Shown: positions 63,266-64,000 of the stretch, in pieces
How positions within the stretch are numbered: the first letter of the stretch is position 1
Layout: each line of letters begins with the position of its first letter
Assembly: GCA_965226795.1 (NCBI GenBank)
Contig: CBDDDZ010000005.1
Coordinates: 1,536,001 to 1,600,000, forward strand
Direction: 5' to 3'
Source of the DNA: Candidatus Latescibacterota bacterium
GTDB taxonomy: Bacteria; Latescibacterota; UBA2968; GCA-2709665
DNA: 64,000 nt
Notes under the pieces: generated by a model
Seen by the model: the letters and a program-made list of their open reading frames with translations, nothing else
Told to the model about the DNA's origin: nothing
Databases searched by the model: none
Translations under genes and position numbers: made by a program

Positions 63266-64000
63266 TCAGCCTGTTCCGGATCCCCGAACTGGCCCGGCAA
63301 ACAGCGTCTCCGGCAGCAAGCTCGTCGTCGCGCTTGAATGGGGATGGTCGAAGCCGTCCGTGGTGACCTGAGCCATCGCCGTATAATACGCGCCCTCTCC
63401 ACTCACTCCGCTGCGGTTTCCTCCACTGTGTCCCCGAAGCCACTTCGGATCGACCAATTGCTCACCCTTCCACTGCCCCTGTGTCGCCAGCAAATGCCCG
63501 AAACGGGCGATATCCGACGGACTCATCACCACCCAGCCCGGACCGCTTCGCACCGGGTGTCCGTTGATTTCATAGGGCGGATCGAGATACGTATACGAAT
63601 CCGGAATATCCGGATAAAAGTACTTGCTTTCACTCATTGTCCTCCCGGTGTACCAGTCCCACCGCTTTGCCGGAATCCCGATCTTTCCGAACAGCCGCTC
63701 ATCCAGCACCTCTTTGAGGTCCCGGCCCCAAACAAAGGTCAGGGCCTGGCCCAGCCGCCAGAACCCCGCACTGCTGTATTGTTCAACAGTACCGGGTTTT
63801 ACGTGGGAATGGAGGTCGTAGAACGGGTCCCCGGTCCAGGTCGCCCACTCAGGCCACCATTTGTCCGACTCCTCTCCGGGGCGACCCTCACGTCCCTTGG
63901 CCCATTCGTTTCCCAGTTCCATGGGAAATCCGCCCTGATGCGTGCCCCCTGCCTTCGGGCCGATGAGATGGCGCCATGTGAGCGTTTGGTGGTGTCCCTG
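63266..64000 (-). CDS. Serine hydrolase / beta-lactamase-family protein, 5' end outside the window
   Basis: KPGTVEQYSS, LFGKIG, MSPSDIARFGHL, GQWKGEQLVDPKW. Confidence 0.7.
   Translation of the reverse strand, partial: QGHHQTLTWRHLIGPKAGGTHQGGFPMELGNEWAKGREGRPGEESDKWWPEWATWTGDPFYDLHSHVKPGTVEQYSSAGFWRLGQALTFVWGRDLKEVLDERLFGKIGIPAKRWDWYTGRTMSESKYFYPDIPDSYTYLDPPYEINGHPVRSGPGWVVMSPSDIARFGHLLATQGQWKGEQLVDPKWLRGHSGGNRSGVSGEGAYYTAMAQVTTDGFDHPHSSATTSLLPETLFAGPVRGSGTG

Overview
High-GC bacterial chromosome segment that very likely spans the replication terminus. A 28-bp dif-like site lies at 21002-21029; genes to its left are mostly on the + strand and genes to its right almost all on the - strand. 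Left arm (0.2-15 kb): an operon of two RND permeases (the second fused to an ABC ATPase that is interrupted by membrane helices) plus an ABC-2-type permease, a CdaA-YbbR diadenylate cyclase, a TPR protein and a large heparinase/lyase-like beta-propeller protein. 15.1-21 kb is a decayed accessory patch. It holds a promoter-driven, multi-helix non-coding sequence (about 360-540 nt once rejoined) that is split by two IS elements (IS1182, IS1380) stacked at one CTAG, followed by a broken DUF2971-like gene. 21.8-41.7 kb is housekeeping: gcvT, leuS, asnS, pnp, rpsO, ribF, truB, rbfA, DUF503, infB, nusA (with a 12x30-bp repeat), rimP, MerR-type HTH, der, DUF512 protein and a nucleoside hydrolase. 41.8-61.2 kb is a defence island: DprA-like, YgiT zinc finger, MNT, a frameshifted nuclease-NTPase (Avs-like), HNH, Eco57I-like methylase, two AbrB-PIN modules, PLD-helicase, IS256 and a broken PD-(D/E)XK nuclease. 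A family of tiny CCTG(C/T)CTG...CAGGCAGG hairpins sits between G and C four times, three of them inside transposase genes. All protein calls come from motif recognition by eye; no database searches were run.
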